Shown: one piece after another, positions 8,699-18,448 of the stretch
Layout: each line of letters starts with the position of its first letter
How positions within the stretch are numbered: the first letter of the stretch is position 1
NCBI GenBank assembly: GCA_964606705.1
Contig: CAZSJF010000002.1
Coordinates: forward strand, 1-32,383
Reading direction: 5' to 3'
DNA: 32,383 nucleotides
Source: an uncultured Bacteroidales bacterium
GTDB lineage: Bacteria > Bacteroidota > Bacteroidia > Bacteroidales > CAZSJF01
Notes under the pieces: model-generated
The model's input: only the letters and a program-made list of their open reading frames with translations
Databases searched by the model: none
What the model was told of the DNA's origin: nothing
Made by a program: the position numbers and the translations under genes

Positions 8699-11341
8699 AT
8701 GAAAAAAATTTACATAATTATTTTGTTTTTATTTTTCGGGGTAAATTCTTTTGCAGTTCATATTTCACTTAAATCTGCTGAAAAGGTAGCGGTTAATTAT
8801 TACAAACATTATAATGCAAAAATTCAGGACTATACGATTGCAGATGTAATTGCGATGCTATATGAAGGTGATACAACTTTTTATGTGTTTGTATTCAAAT
8901 CAGGCGGATATGTTATGATTGCCGCTGATGATGCTTCTGTTCCTGTTCTCGGTTTTTCAGCAGATAAGAATTTTGATAAGAATAATATTCCTCCGAATGC
9001 ACAGTTGTGGTATAATAACCAATACAGCAGGCAGATAAAATATATTATTGATTCTGATCTGGATAATTCCCAGACAATCAAAGAATGGGATAAAATAAGA
9101 AACAATTATTTTACAGATGATGAAAGTAAGGATGTCGGCCCTTTGTGTACAACAATATGGGACCAGGGTTGTTATTATAATGCGTTATGTCCGGTAGATG
9201 CTGGTTCATGTGGGCGTACATACACTGGTTGTATGGCCACAGCTATGGCACAGATAATGAAATACTGGAACTATCCTGCCACAGGTACAGGGTCTAATTC
9301 ATACAATCATCCTGACTATGGAGTATTATCGGCAAATTTTGGTGCTACAACTTACGACTGGGGAGTTATGCCGGATTATGTGTCTTCTTCCAATACAGCT
9401 GTTGCAACATTAATGTATCATTGCGGAATTTCTGTTTATATGTATTATAGCCCTGACGGTTCAGGGTCTCAGGAATATTATGTTTCGCCGGCATTAATAA
9501 ATTATTTTAACTACCAGAGCACGGCAGAACTTAAATACAAATCTGAATTTTCATCTGCTAACTGGATCAACCTGCTGAAGGCAGACCTGGATGCCTCAAG
9601 GCCTATGCTATACTGCGGATATGATAACAGCGCAGGAGGCCACGCTTTTGTATGCGACGGATACAATAGTTCAAATCAGTTCCATTTCAACTGGGGATGG
9701 TCAGGGTCGGGTGACGGTTATTATACAATTGGAAGTCTGAATCCGGCTTCATATCAGTTTAACTATTACAACTGTGTTATTTGCAGGATACAACCCCCGG
9801 ATTTAAACAATCCTGTTGCGATGTTCACTGCCAGCACGACAATCCCTGCTGTTGGCAGCAGTGTGGATTTTACCGACCATTCCACAAATAATCCGACAAG
9901 CTGGAGCTGGTCATTTCAGGGAGGCAGTCCGTCAACTTCTACCGAACAGAACCCGCAAAACATAACATATTCAACAGCAGGAAAGTATCAGGTTTCACTA
10001 ACTGCTGTCAATGCCAACGGACAGGATACAAAGGTAAAAACAAAATATATAAACGTCGGGGGGACTCCGACTGCATGGGAAAAACAAAACTCAGGTTTCA
10101 CCACTCCCAGCAGGGGCATTAACCAGATATTTATTGTTAATCCATATGTGGTGTGGGCAAAAGCATACGATGGTACAGATCCTGCAAATGTCATAAGGGA
10201 ATTTACAAGAACAAATAATGGGGGCATAGACTGGACTCCAGGCACAATAAGTTTTACAGGCTCTGATATTTACGGTGTTGCAAACATCTTTGCTTTTAAG
10301 GATACAGTTGCATTTGCAGCAATGTATCCGACCGGTGATAACGGAGGTGTAATTGTGAAAACCACCAACGGAGGAACTTCCTGGTCAATTGCCAACTCTC
10401 CTGATTTCTCTTCAAGCTGGCTTGATTTTATCCACTTTTTTAACAATAGTGACGGTGTATGTGTCGGAGATCCCAGCGGCAGCGAATATGTAATTTATAC
10501 AACAACCAATGGTGGCAGTACTTGGACTGTCGTATCTGGCGCTAATATCCCGGATGCAACCACAGGAGAAACAGCAATTGTAAATTATTTTGACACTTAT
10601 CAGAATACTATCTGGTTTAGCACAACAAAAGGCAGGGTATATAAGTCAACAGACAAAGGATACACATGGACCGTTTCATCAACAGGATTAAATACATATA
10701 CTAATGTCATATTCAAAGATGATAATGTCGGTTTTGCTTTGAGAGAGTCTTCACCATATACAATTAAAAAAACCACCAATGGCGGCACATCATGGACAAC
10801 GGTATATCCATCAGGGTATTATGTAAAGAGTCCAAATCTTGACTATGTTCCCGGAACACCTTCAACATGGGTTGATGTGAGTGGAGGCCCCGGCAAAGGC
10901 TCTTCATATAGTATTAATGATTGTTCAAGTTTTTTAAACATTGATACCGGCTCTGTTCAATACACATGTGTGAAGTTTTATGATATGAATACAGGCTGGG
11001 CTGGCGGATTTAATACAGATGCCAGTGACGGGGGAATTTATAAATGGGATACTTCAATGTTGGTTTTAGCTTTAAAGGAGATATCAGCCCCTGAAAAGAT
11101 CAAGATATATCCGAACCCGACAAACAGTATTGTAAATATTGAACTGGATGCTGCTGCAAAAGGGAAAGCCTGTATAACTTTGTATAATATTTTCGGAGAG
11201 AAGCTGTTCTCAAAAGACTATAACCTGGATGCCAGCACCTGGCTTCAGATGGATATGTCAGACAACAGTACAGGAATTTATTTGTTGACTATTGATACAG
11301 GTAAAAAAATAATCACAAGGCGTATCTCTCTTATCAGATGA
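8699..11341 (+). CDS. Multidomain C10-family (streptopain-like) cysteine peptidase: pro/inhibitor-like N-domain, C10 domain, PKD domain, BNR/Ycf48-like propeller and T9SS CTD
   Basis: WDQGCYYNALCP and GCMATAMAQIMKYWNYP mark the C10 domain (Cys codon 9230-9232), with GGHAFVCDGY (His codon 9641-9643). A PKD-like segment reads FTDHS..WSWSF..G.Y.VSL.A.N. Repeats such as TNGGTSW and STDKGYTW follow. The CTD is KIYPNPTNSIVNIEL. The ATG at 8699 gives signal peptide MKKIYIIILF. Confidence 0.85.
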   Translation: MKKIYIIILFLFFGVNSFAVHISLKSAEKVAVNYYKHYNAKIQDYTIADVIAMLYEGDTTFYVFVFKSGGYVMIAADDASVPVLGFSADKNFDKNNIPPNAQLWYNNQYSRQIKYIIDSDLDNSQTIKEWDKIRNNYFTDDESKDVGPLCTTIWDQGCYYNALCPVDAGSCGRTYTGCMATAMAQIMKYWNYPATGTGSNSYNHPDYGVLSANFGATTYDWGVMPDYVSSSNTAVATLMYHCGISVYMYYSPDGSGSQEYYVSPALINYFNYQSTAELKYKSEFSSANWINLLKADLDASRPMLYCGYDNSAGGHAFVCDGYNSSNQFHFNWGWSGSGDGYYTIGSLNPASYQFNYYNCVICRIQPPDLNNPVAMFTASTTIPAVGSSVDFTDHSTNNPTSWSWSFQGGSPSTSTEQNPQNITYSTAGKYQVSLTAVNANGQDTKVKTKYINVGGTPTAWEKQNSGFTTPSRGINQIFIVNPYVVWAKAYDGTDPANVIREFTRTNNGGIDWTPGTISFTGSDIYGVANIFAFKDTVAFAAMYPTGDNGGVIVKTTNGGTSWSIANSPDFSSSWLDFIHFFNNSDGVCVGDPSGSEYVIYTTTNGGSTWTVVSGANIPDATTGETAIVNYFDTYQNTIWFSTTKGRVYKSTDKGYTWTVSSTGLNTYTNVIFKDDNVGFALRESSPYTIKKTTNGGTSWTTVYPSGYYVKSPNLDYVPGTPSTWVDVSGGPGKGSSYSINDCSSFLNIDTGSVQYTCVKFYDMNTGWAGGFNTDASDGGIYKWDTSMLVLALKEISAPEKIKIYPNPTNSIVNIELDAAAKGKACITLYNIFGEKLFSKDYNLDASTWLQMDMSDNSTGIYLLTIDTGKKIITRRISLIR

Positions 11342-11400
11342 TATAAGAATTTTTTTAAATGGCAATAAAATTTAATTAACAACCAAAAAATAAAAAAATT

Positions 11401-12780
11401 ATGAAAAAGACGATTTTATTTACCTGCCGAACGGCATGGCTTTTAGCGGCATTCTTTGCATTGATTTCACAGAATAAAGCACAAGTGCCCTGGATACAAC
11501 AGAATACAGGTTTTACAACTCCTCAGAGAGGGATCGATCAGATATTTATTGTAGATCCTGATATTGTGTGGGCAGTAGCTTATGATGGGGCAGATGAGAT
11601 GCATTTTGTCAGGGAATTTACACGAACAACAAACGGTGGAACAACGTGGACACCGGGGACAGTAAATTTTGCGGGAGATACTTCATATGGCATTGCCGGC
11701 ATATTTGCTTTTAATGATACAGTAGCGTTTGCCGCATTGCATCCGGTTCCTATTGACAGTAATGGAGGAGCGATTGCAAAAACCATTGACGGAGGAGCTA
11801 CATGGTCAATTGCCAATTCCCCCGACTTCTCTTCAAGCTGGCTTGATATAGTTCATTTTTTTAACAGCAATGATGGTGTATGTGTCGGAGATCCAGATAC
11901 CAGCATTGATGAATATGTTATTTATACTACAAATGACGGCGGCAATACATGGAATATAGTGCCCGGCACTAATATCCCGGATCCGGATGAATGGGAAACA
12001 GCAGTGGTTGCGTTTTTTGATACTTATCAGAACACGATATGGTTTGGTTCAACAAGTGGCAAAGTATATAAGTCAACAGACAAAGGAAATACCTGGACTG
12101 CCTCATCAACAGGGTTAACTAGTTATGTTAATGTCAGATTTAAAAATGACAGTGTCGGATTTGCCATGTTGCAAACAACTCCATATACATTCAGAAAAAC
12201 TGTTAACGGCGGCTCATCCTGGTCAACACTATATCCGTCAGGGTATTTTACAAAGCTTCCGCATATTGATTTTGTCCCGGGAACAGTTTCAACATGGGTT
12301 GATGTAAGTTGTGGGCCCGGAATAACTGCAGGGCCTAACAAAGGTTCGTCATTCAGCATAAACGATTGTGTAAGTTTTATGAACATTGACACAGGTGTGA
12401 CCCAATATACCTGTGTGACTTTTTATGACCAGAATACAGGCTGGGCAGGCGGATTTAATATTGATTCTACAACAGGAGGTATTTACAAATGGGACTCTTC
12501 ACTGATAGTAGGCATGAACAAAATACCGGAAGTTGAAGAGATCAATATTTTTCCCAATCCTGCAAATGATATTATAAATATTGAACTTGGCGGTAATGCA
12601 GCAGATAAAGTCAATATTACTTTGTATAATATTATCGGAGAAAAACTTTTTTCAGAGAATTATCAGAATGTCAATAACAGGATTCAGCTGGATATATCAG
12701 GTAATGTTGCAGGAATTTATTTATTGACTTTAAATGCAAATAATAAATTAATTACCAGGCGCATATCTCTTATTAAATAA
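11401..12780 (+). CDS. BNR/Ycf48-like beta-propeller protein with T9SS CTD, paralogue of the C-terminal half of the upstream C10 peptidase
   Basis: It is colinear with residues encoded by about 10078-11341. I counted 39/58 identical residues in one hand-aligned block. It has a signal peptide, and its CTD is NIFPNPANDIINIEL. Confidence 0.8.
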   Translation: MKKTILFTCRTAWLLAAFFALISQNKAQVPWIQQNTGFTTPQRGIDQIFIVDPDIVWAVAYDGADEMHFVREFTRTTNGGTTWTPGTVNFAGDTSYGIAGIFAFNDTVAFAALHPVPIDSNGGAIAKTIDGGATWSIANSPDFSSSWLDIVHFFNSNDGVCVGDPDTSIDEYVIYTTNDGGNTWNIVPGTNIPDPDEWETAVVAFFDTYQNTIWFGSTSGKVYKSTDKGNTWTASSTGLTSYVNVRFKNDSVGFAMLQTTPYTFRKTVNGGSSWSTLYPSGYFTKLPHIDFVPGTVSTWVDVSCGPGITAGPNKGSSFSINDCVSFMNIDTGVTQYTCVTFYDQNTGWAGGFNIDSTTGGIYKWDSSLIVGMNKIPEVEEINIFPNPANDIINIELGGNAADKVNITLYNIIGEKLFSENYQNVNNRIQLDISGNVAGIYLLTLNANNKLITRRISLIK

Positions 12781-12805
12781 ATAAACCATAAACATAACTC
12801 ATAAA

Positions 12806-12973
12806 ATGTTTAGAGTTAAAAGCAACATATTGTTGATTGTACTTCTTTTATTTCTTGTATCAGCTTGTACAACAACAGCTAGATCTAAAAGGGCTAAAAA
12901 GAAGAAATGCAGGGAATGTTTTCCTTTTAGTGAATATCGTCCTACAAAAAACAAAATAACAGAAATATCATAA
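12806..12973 (+). CDS. Small putative lipoprotein (55 aa), absent from the ORF track
   Basis: My translation is MFRVKSNILLIVLLLFLVSACTTTARSKRAKKKKCRECFPFSEYRPTKNKITEIS. It has a hydrophobic signal with an LVSAC lipobox, then a polybasic stretch and CxxC. It fills an otherwise empty 212-nt gap. Confidence 0.45.
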   Translation: MFRVKSNILLIVLLLFLVSACTTTARSKRAKKKKCRECFPFSEYRPTKNKITEIS

Positions 12974-12992
12974 CCTGAAAAATGAAAAATTT

Positions 12993-13925
12993 ATGAAAAA
13001 AATAGTTTTACTTTTTATAATATTTTTTGTATTGATTTTACAAAATCAGGCTCAGACAGTAACCGACATTGACGGCAATGTTTATAACACAGTAACCATT
13101 GGCACACAGACATGGATGGCTGAAAACCTGAAAGTAACACATTATCGCAACGGGGATTCCATACCATACGTAACAGACAGCCTTGGCTGGATGAATATTT
13201 TATTTGACACTGGTGCATATTGTTACTACAATTGTGATACGAATTTAAGAGCTGTTTATGGTAATATATATAATCCGTATTCTATTATAGACAGCCGCCA
13301 TTTATGCCCTGAAGGATGGCATGTTCCCACTGAAGCAGAATGGCAGACGCTATCTGATTTTCTCGGAGGACAATATGTTGCAGGCGGCAAGATAAAGGAG
13401 GTCGACACGACACACTGGAAGAGCCCCAACACAGGCGCAACAAATGAAAGTGGTTTTACCGGTTTGCCAGGGGGATGTAAATCGGGGTGGTATATGGGTA
13501 TGGGTGACATAGGCGAATGGGTAACATTTGCCTCTGAAGATACAACATTCGGAATTGTAACAATATATAATTCCTATGCATGGTTTTCTATAATGATGGG
13601 AACCCCTTGGTGGCCTGTAAATGAATATAATGGCAACTCCGTTCGTTGTATATGTGATTCAACTGTGATACAGATTCATAAAATTAATAATAATGAAGGC
13701 ATGCATATTTATCCGAATCCTGCAAAGGATAAAATAACTATTAATTATGCTGGAAGAGAAGATATGAATATGTTTATTTACAATATTGTTGGAGAATGTG
13801 TATTAAAAAGAGAACTAAATAATACCACAAATGAAATTGACATCCGTTCTTTGTCTGAAGGGATGTATATAATTAAAATTGCAGGCGCGCAAGGGACAAT
13901 GCAGTCAAAATTAATTAAAGAGTAA
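12993..13925 (+). CDS. Fibrobacter succinogenes major paralogous (FISUMP) domain protein with T9SS CTD
   Basis: VTDIDGNVYNTVTIGTQTWMAENLKVTHYRNG and GWHVPTEAEW are hallmark motifs of that domain. The CTD is HIYPNPAKDKITINY. Confidence 0.8.
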   Translation: MKKIVLLFIIFFVLILQNQAQTVTDIDGNVYNTVTIGTQTWMAENLKVTHYRNGDSIPYVTDSLGWMNILFDTGAYCYYNCDTNLRAVYGNIYNPYSIIDSRHLCPEGWHVPTEAEWQTLSDFLGGQYVAGGKIKEVDTTHWKSPNTGATNESGFTGLPGGCKSGWYMGMGDIGEWVTFASEDTTFGIVTIYNSYAWFSIMMGTPWWPVNEYNGNSVRCICDSTVIQIHKINNNEGMHIYPNPAKDKITINYAGREDMNMFIYNIVGECVLKRELNNTTNEIDIRSLSEGMYIIKIAGAQGTMQSKLIKE

Positions 13926-13968
13926 TAAGTTTTTTATTAAATTCGCTTTCTGATAAACAATTTTGTAT

Positions 13969-14880
13969 ATGTCAATAAAAACAAGCAATCTTACCAAAAT
14001 ATATGGTACGCAGAAAGCGCTGGATAATGTTTCTTTTCATGTGAATTCAGGCGAAATAGTCGGGTTGGTGGGTCCTAACGGCGCCGGAAAGTCAACAATA
14101 ATGAAGATAATATGCTGCTTTATCCCTCAGAGTTCCGGTGATGCTTCGGTTTGCGGGTATGATGTCATGGAACAGTCGCTTGAGGTAAGGAAAAAAGTTG
14201 GCTACCTGCCTGAAAACAACCCTCTTTACCTTGATATGTATGTCAGGGAATACCTTTCATTTGTTGCTGATTTATACAAGTTGGGAAAGAAAAGCAAAAG
14301 CAGGGTTGATGAAATGATCAGTATTGTCGGGCTTGAACCTGAACAGAAGAAAAAAATAGGAGCATTATCAAAAGGCTACAGGCAAAGGGTTGGCCTTGCA
14401 CAGGCATTGATACATGAACCTGAAGTGCTTGTGCTTGATGAGCCTACCTCCGGGCTTGATCCCAACCAGATAGTTGAAATAAGAAATCTTATAAGCAGGC
14501 TCGGAAAAGAAAAGACCGTTTTGTTTTCAACCCATATAATGCAGGAAGTCGAGGCTATATGTGACAGGGTGATTATTATTAATAAAGGCAAAATCATCAC
14601 AGATGAATTATCAGAGGATCTGTATAAAAATACTTCTGCCAGTCAGATTATTATTGTTGAGTTTGACGCAGCCATTACGGAAGCCGCGCTGAAAGCTGTT
14701 AGCGGAATTGCAAAGGTAAAAAGGATGGAAGGAAATATTTACGAAGTGGAAGCGAAGTCTGATAAAGACATCAGGGCTGATATTTTTCAGTTTGCTGTTA
14801 ATAATAACCTGAAAGTCCTTTCCATGCAGAAGTCAGGACAAAGCCTTGAAGAAATTTTCCAAACCCTGACCAAGAAATGA
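13969..14880 (+). CDS. gldA: Gliding-motility-associated ABC transporter ATP-binding protein GldA
   Basis: It has Walker A GPNGAGKST, signature LSKGYRQR and Walker B LVLDEP. The N-terminal MSIKTSNLTKIYGTQKALDNVSF and LPENNPLYLDMYVREYL closely resemble GldA. The ATG at 13969 is preferred to the TTG at 13963. Confidence 0.8.
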   Translation: MSIKTSNLTKIYGTQKALDNVSFHVNSGEIVGLVGPNGAGKSTIMKIICCFIPQSSGDASVCGYDVMEQSLEVRKKVGYLPENNPLYLDMYVREYLSFVADLYKLGKKSKSRVDEMISIVGLEPEQKKKIGALSKGYRQRVGLAQALIHEPEVLVLDEPTSGLDPNQIVEIRNLISRLGKEKTVLFSTHIMQEVEAICDRVIIINKGKIITDELSEDLYKNTSASQIIIVEFDAAITEAALKAVSGIAKVKRMEGNIYEVEAKSDKDIRADIFQFAVNNNLKVLSMQKSGQSLEEIFQTLTKK

Positions 14881-14890
14881 AATGTTAAAC

Positions 14891-16885
14891 TTATTTTGTA
14901 TTACCACAGTATTTGTCAATTTCTTTCTGCACCTGAGTTAGTCCAAGCGACAGGGCTTTTCTGAAATCCTCACATGCCTCTTCATTTTTATACCCGCCTT
15001 TGATCTTTGCCAGGCCCCGCATCCCATATGACAGAGGGAAAGAAGGATTTAGTTTTATAGATTTATCCAGATCTGTGACAGCAGTCATGAAATTCCCATT
15101 GTTAAATTCGGCAAAACCCCGGTATGCATAAGCATCTGCATAAAGACTGTCTGACTTTATTACCTTTGAAAAATTTTCAATAGCCTGATTGAAATCATAT
15201 AAATTATACAAAGCAAAACCTTTCTCAAAGTACAGTGTCGGATAATTGAATCCAAGCTCATCTGCCTTTTTCAGGTCTTCGATGGCTCCGCCGAAATCTC
15301 CGTTAAGGTTTTTGCAGTGGGCACGGTTAAACCATACAGTTTCCATGGAAGGGTCAAATTGTATGGCCCTGTTGAAATCTGTTATGGCTTCGTAACAATT
15401 TTCGAGTTTTTCTTTGATAAGCCCCCTGTTGTTAAAATAACTTGCCTCGACAGGCCCGAGAGAAATGGCTTTGTTGAGGTCCGACAAAGCTCTGTTGAGT
15501 TCGCCTGTCTGGAAATATACATATCCGCGGTTTGCATAAGCACGCGGTAAATGCGGATGTAATTTAATGGCTCTGTTAAAATCTTCTAACGCACCTTTTA
15601 TATCGCCGTCTTCTCTTTTTACATCACCGCGGCAGTTGAGTGCTGTATAAGCGTTAGGATTTTTTGACAGTATGTCGTTTAACAGGCTCATGCTTGTATT
15701 CCACACTTTTGCCCGCTCATGTGCATAAACTGCCTGAAATAAAAACAAAGGAATAAGTAAGTACAGAAATATTTTTAATTTAGGTTTGTTTGTTATAAGC
15801 CATTCTGCAAAATAACCGATTATGAAGAAAATACCGATGCCCGAAATGTATATATACCTGTCGGCAATGATATAATTTGATATGGGTATCCATTTTAGGA
15901 ATATGAAAATATTGACCAGGAAAAATAATAATCCGAAAGATATGTACTTATTCTTTGATATTTTACGGTAAAAGAAGTAAAAAAATGCCAGCAGGGAAGG
16001 CAATAACAGCCATAAATACCATGGGGCACCATTATCTGTAAATGAAGGGTAAGCGTAATAAGCAGTCAGGTTCACAGGTATCAGTGTTTTATAGATGTAT
16101 AACAACAGGATATATGGCGGATAGATAAAAACATCCGTATATGACAACCACAAACTGCTTTTGTCAACATATCCGGTTTTCTGCTGTGATAAAATAGCTA
16201 TTATTCCGAATATTACGGCAACTGCAAAAAAAGGCAGTTTAGCCGGCAGCATTTTTCTCTTAAATGCATTATGTCCGCGGAAATAATCTGTTATTATAAG
16301 GCATAAAGGCAAAAGCACTCCCTGTCCTTTGGAAAGGCAGGACAGAATGAAAAGAATGAACGAAGAAACAAAATATTTCTTTTTGCCTGTATCGGAATAA
16401 TTCAGGTACATAAGTAAGGACAGCAGGAAGAAAAAGGCAAATAACACATCCTTGCGCGCTGTTGCCCATGCAACTGCTTCAACATTCATAGGGTGTACGG
16501 CAAACATGATCATGCATATGCCGGCTATCAGCGTTTTTCCTGTCAGCTTGCGGATAAATAAAAATACAAGTACAGCATTTGCCATATGCAGAATAATATT
16601 ATGCAGATGAAAAAAATAAGGTTTTAACCCGAATATCTGGTAATCCACACCAAGTGATATTAATGTAAGAGGGTGGTAATGACCTTCAAAGGAACGTGTA
16701 AATATTTTATGAAGGCTGCTGATGCTGAAATGGCGTATTAATTTATTGGATATTATGTAAATGCTGTCGTCCCAGCTTACAAAATCATTCAACAAACAGG
16801 GATAATAGATGATCAGTATTAAAAAAACTGATGATGCCAGCCATATCCACTTTTTTTTCATAATGCTTTTTCCCGGGAAAAACAT
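14891..16885 (-). CDS. Polytopic membrane protein (GT-C/PMT-like N-terminal domain) fused to C-terminal TPR repeats
   Basis: The first 390 aa or so contain many hydrophobic helices. The C-terminal 270 aa hold repeated 34-aa TPR-like units (A..Y..RG......G....A..DF..AI.L.P). An alternative ATG lies at 16861. Confidence 0.7.
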   Translation of the reverse strand: MFFPGKSIMKKKWIWLASSVFLILIIYYPCLLNDFVSWDDSIYIISNKLIRHFSISSLHKIFTRSFEGHYHPLTLISLGVDYQIFGLKPYFFHLHNIILHMANAVLVFLFIRKLTGKTLIAGICMIMFAVHPMNVEAVAWATARKDVLFAFFFLLSLLMYLNYSDTGKKKYFVSSFILFILSCLSKGQGVLLPLCLIITDYFRGHNAFKRKMLPAKLPFFAVAVIFGIIAILSQQKTGYVDKSSLWLSYTDVFIYPPYILLLYIYKTLIPVNLTAYYAYPSFTDNGAPWYLWLLLPSLLAFFYFFYRKISKNKYISFGLLFFLVNIFIFLKWIPISNYIIADRYIYISGIGIFFIIGYFAEWLITNKPKLKIFLYLLIPLFLFQAVYAHERAKVWNTSMSLLNDILSKNPNAYTALNCRGDVKREDGDIKGALEDFNRAIKLHPHLPRAYANRGYVYFQTGELNRALSDLNKAISLGPVEASYFNNRGLIKEKLENCYEAITDFNRAIQFDPSMETVWFNRAHCKNLNGDFGGAIEDLKKADELGFNYPTLYFEKGFALYNLYDFNQAIENFSKVIKSDSLYADAYAYRGFAEFNNGNFMTAVTDLDKSIKLNPSFPLSYGMRGLAKIKGGYKNEEACEDFRKALSLGLTQVQKEIDKYCGNTK

Positions 16886-16992
16886 AAAATATAAGTTCCC
16901 TTAAAGGTGATTTTTGTGTTTTTTATCCAAAATTAAAACTTTAAAGATGTAAAAGTATATAATATGAAATTTATTTTATTTAAATAATTATG

Positions 16993-17000
16993 TAATTTTG
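16993..17000 (+). promoter_or_regulatory. Candidate -7 box (TAnnTTTG) for metK
   Basis: TAATTTTG lies 46 nt upstream of the ATG at 17046. Confidence 0.4.
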
Positions 17001-17045
17001 CAGTTAGAATAGAAGTATTTGATTATTAACTTAAAAATATTTAAA

Positions 17046-18393
17046 ATGGGATATTTATTTACGTCAGAATCCGTTTCGGAAGGTCACCCGGATAAAGTAG
17101 CAGACCAGATATCAGACGCGCTGTTGGATGAGTTTTTAAGATGGGACCCGGAATCAAAGGTCGCATGCGAAACCCTTGTTACAACAGGATTAACTGTGTG
17201 TTGGGTGTGTTTGGGGGGTGGTTTGCAGCGGCGAAGTCAAAACTGCAGGTTATGTTGATATTCAGAAAATAGCCAGAAAAGCTATTTATGACATAGGATA
17301 TACAAAGTCCGACTATAAATTTGATTCGGAAGCATGCGGTGTGATATCAACGATACATGAACAGTCACCGGATATAAACCAGGGTGTTGTAAGGCAGAAA
17401 AAAGAAGACCAGGGTGCCGGAGACCAGGGCATGATGTTCGGCTATGCCAATAAAGACATGGATAACTATATGCCTCTTCCTCTGGAACTATCACATATTT
17501 TGTTGCAGGAACTTGCTGCTATCCGCAGGGAAGGCAAAGTTATGAAATATCTGCGCCCCGACTCAAAATCACAGGTTACCGTTGAATATGACAATAACGG
17601 GAAACCAAAAAGAATAGACACTATCGTCGTTTCAACCCAGCATGATGAATTTATATTACCGAAAAGTTGCTCTGAAAAGGATATAAAATCTGCTGAGAAA
17701 GCAATGCAGGATAAGATAAAAGAGGATGTTGAAAAAATCCTTATACCAAGAACCAAGAAAACTTTACCCGAAAGGATCAATAAGCTTTTTCAGAAAAATT
17801 ATAAATTGTATGTTAACCCTACAGGAAAATTTGTAATTGGCGGCCCGCACGGAGATACAGGCCTTACAGGAAGAAAAATCATTGTTGACACTTACGGTGG
17901 AAAAGGCGCACATGGCGGCGGGGCTTTCTCAGGAAAAGACAGCTCTAAAGTTGACCGCTCGGCAGCTTATGCGGCAAGACATATAGCCAAAAATCTTGTG
18001 GCAGCAGGTGTTTCCGATGAAATCCTGGTTCAGGTTGCTTATGCCATTGGCATTGCCCAGCCTGTAGGATTGTATGTCAATACTTTCTGTACGTCAAAAC
18101 TTAAAATTGCAGACAGCGAAATAGCAGAAAAAGTAAGCAAGATCTTCGACATGCGCCCCTATGCAATAGTGAACAGGTTCGGCCTTAAAAACCCAATCTT
18201 CCAGAAAACAGCTTCATACGGACATTTTGGAAGAAGCAACTATGTGAAAGAAGTGGAAGTTTACTATAAGAACAAAGATACTTATACTAAAAAAGTAGAT
18301 GGCGTAGATAAGACCTTTAAAAAAGTTGAATTCTTTGCATGGGAAAAGCTTGATTATGTTGATAAGGTAAAAAAGGAATTCGGCCTGAAATAA
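17046..18393 (+). pseudogene. metK: S-adenosylmethionine synthetase, reading frame broken by a 25-nt insertion (possibly an assembly artefact)
   Basis: [28 protein letters not shown]...[10 protein letters not shown] (frame 0) continues as [16 protein letters not shown]... (frame +1). Further on are GAGDQGMMFGYA and GGGAFSGKD.SKVDRSAAY. Removing 17193-17217 gives an ungapped match to the E. coli MetK layout ...ACETYVKTGMVLVGGEITT.... Confidence 0.9.
17193..17217 (+). other. 25-nt GT-rich insertion ACTGTGTGTTGGGTGTGTTTGGGGG, adaptor- or primer-like
   Basis: It sits exactly between codons TTA (Leu) and GTG (Val) of metK. Positions 17198-17215 are the exact reverse complement of 32366-32383, the last 18 nt of the window. 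Confidence 0.85.
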
Positions 18394-18448
18394 AGCTGTA
18401 TATAAAAACATAAATTCTTTTCCTCATTAATTTTAAAACATAATCATT

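Noticed and set aside
16886-17045. SAM riboswitch upstream of metK.
   Set aside because: The region is extremely AT-rich with no G/C-rich helices. The candidate -7 box leaves only a leader of about 40 nt, too short for any SAM riboswitch class.
17198-17215. Telomere-like or biologically mobile GT-rich mini-element (TG-rich, resembling TG1-3 repeats).
   Set aside because: It is only one 25-nt copy, with no terminal repeats or target duplication. The sole other copy is at the extreme contig end next to a fold-back chimera, so a technical origin is much more parsimonious. It is kept as a finding to be verified.
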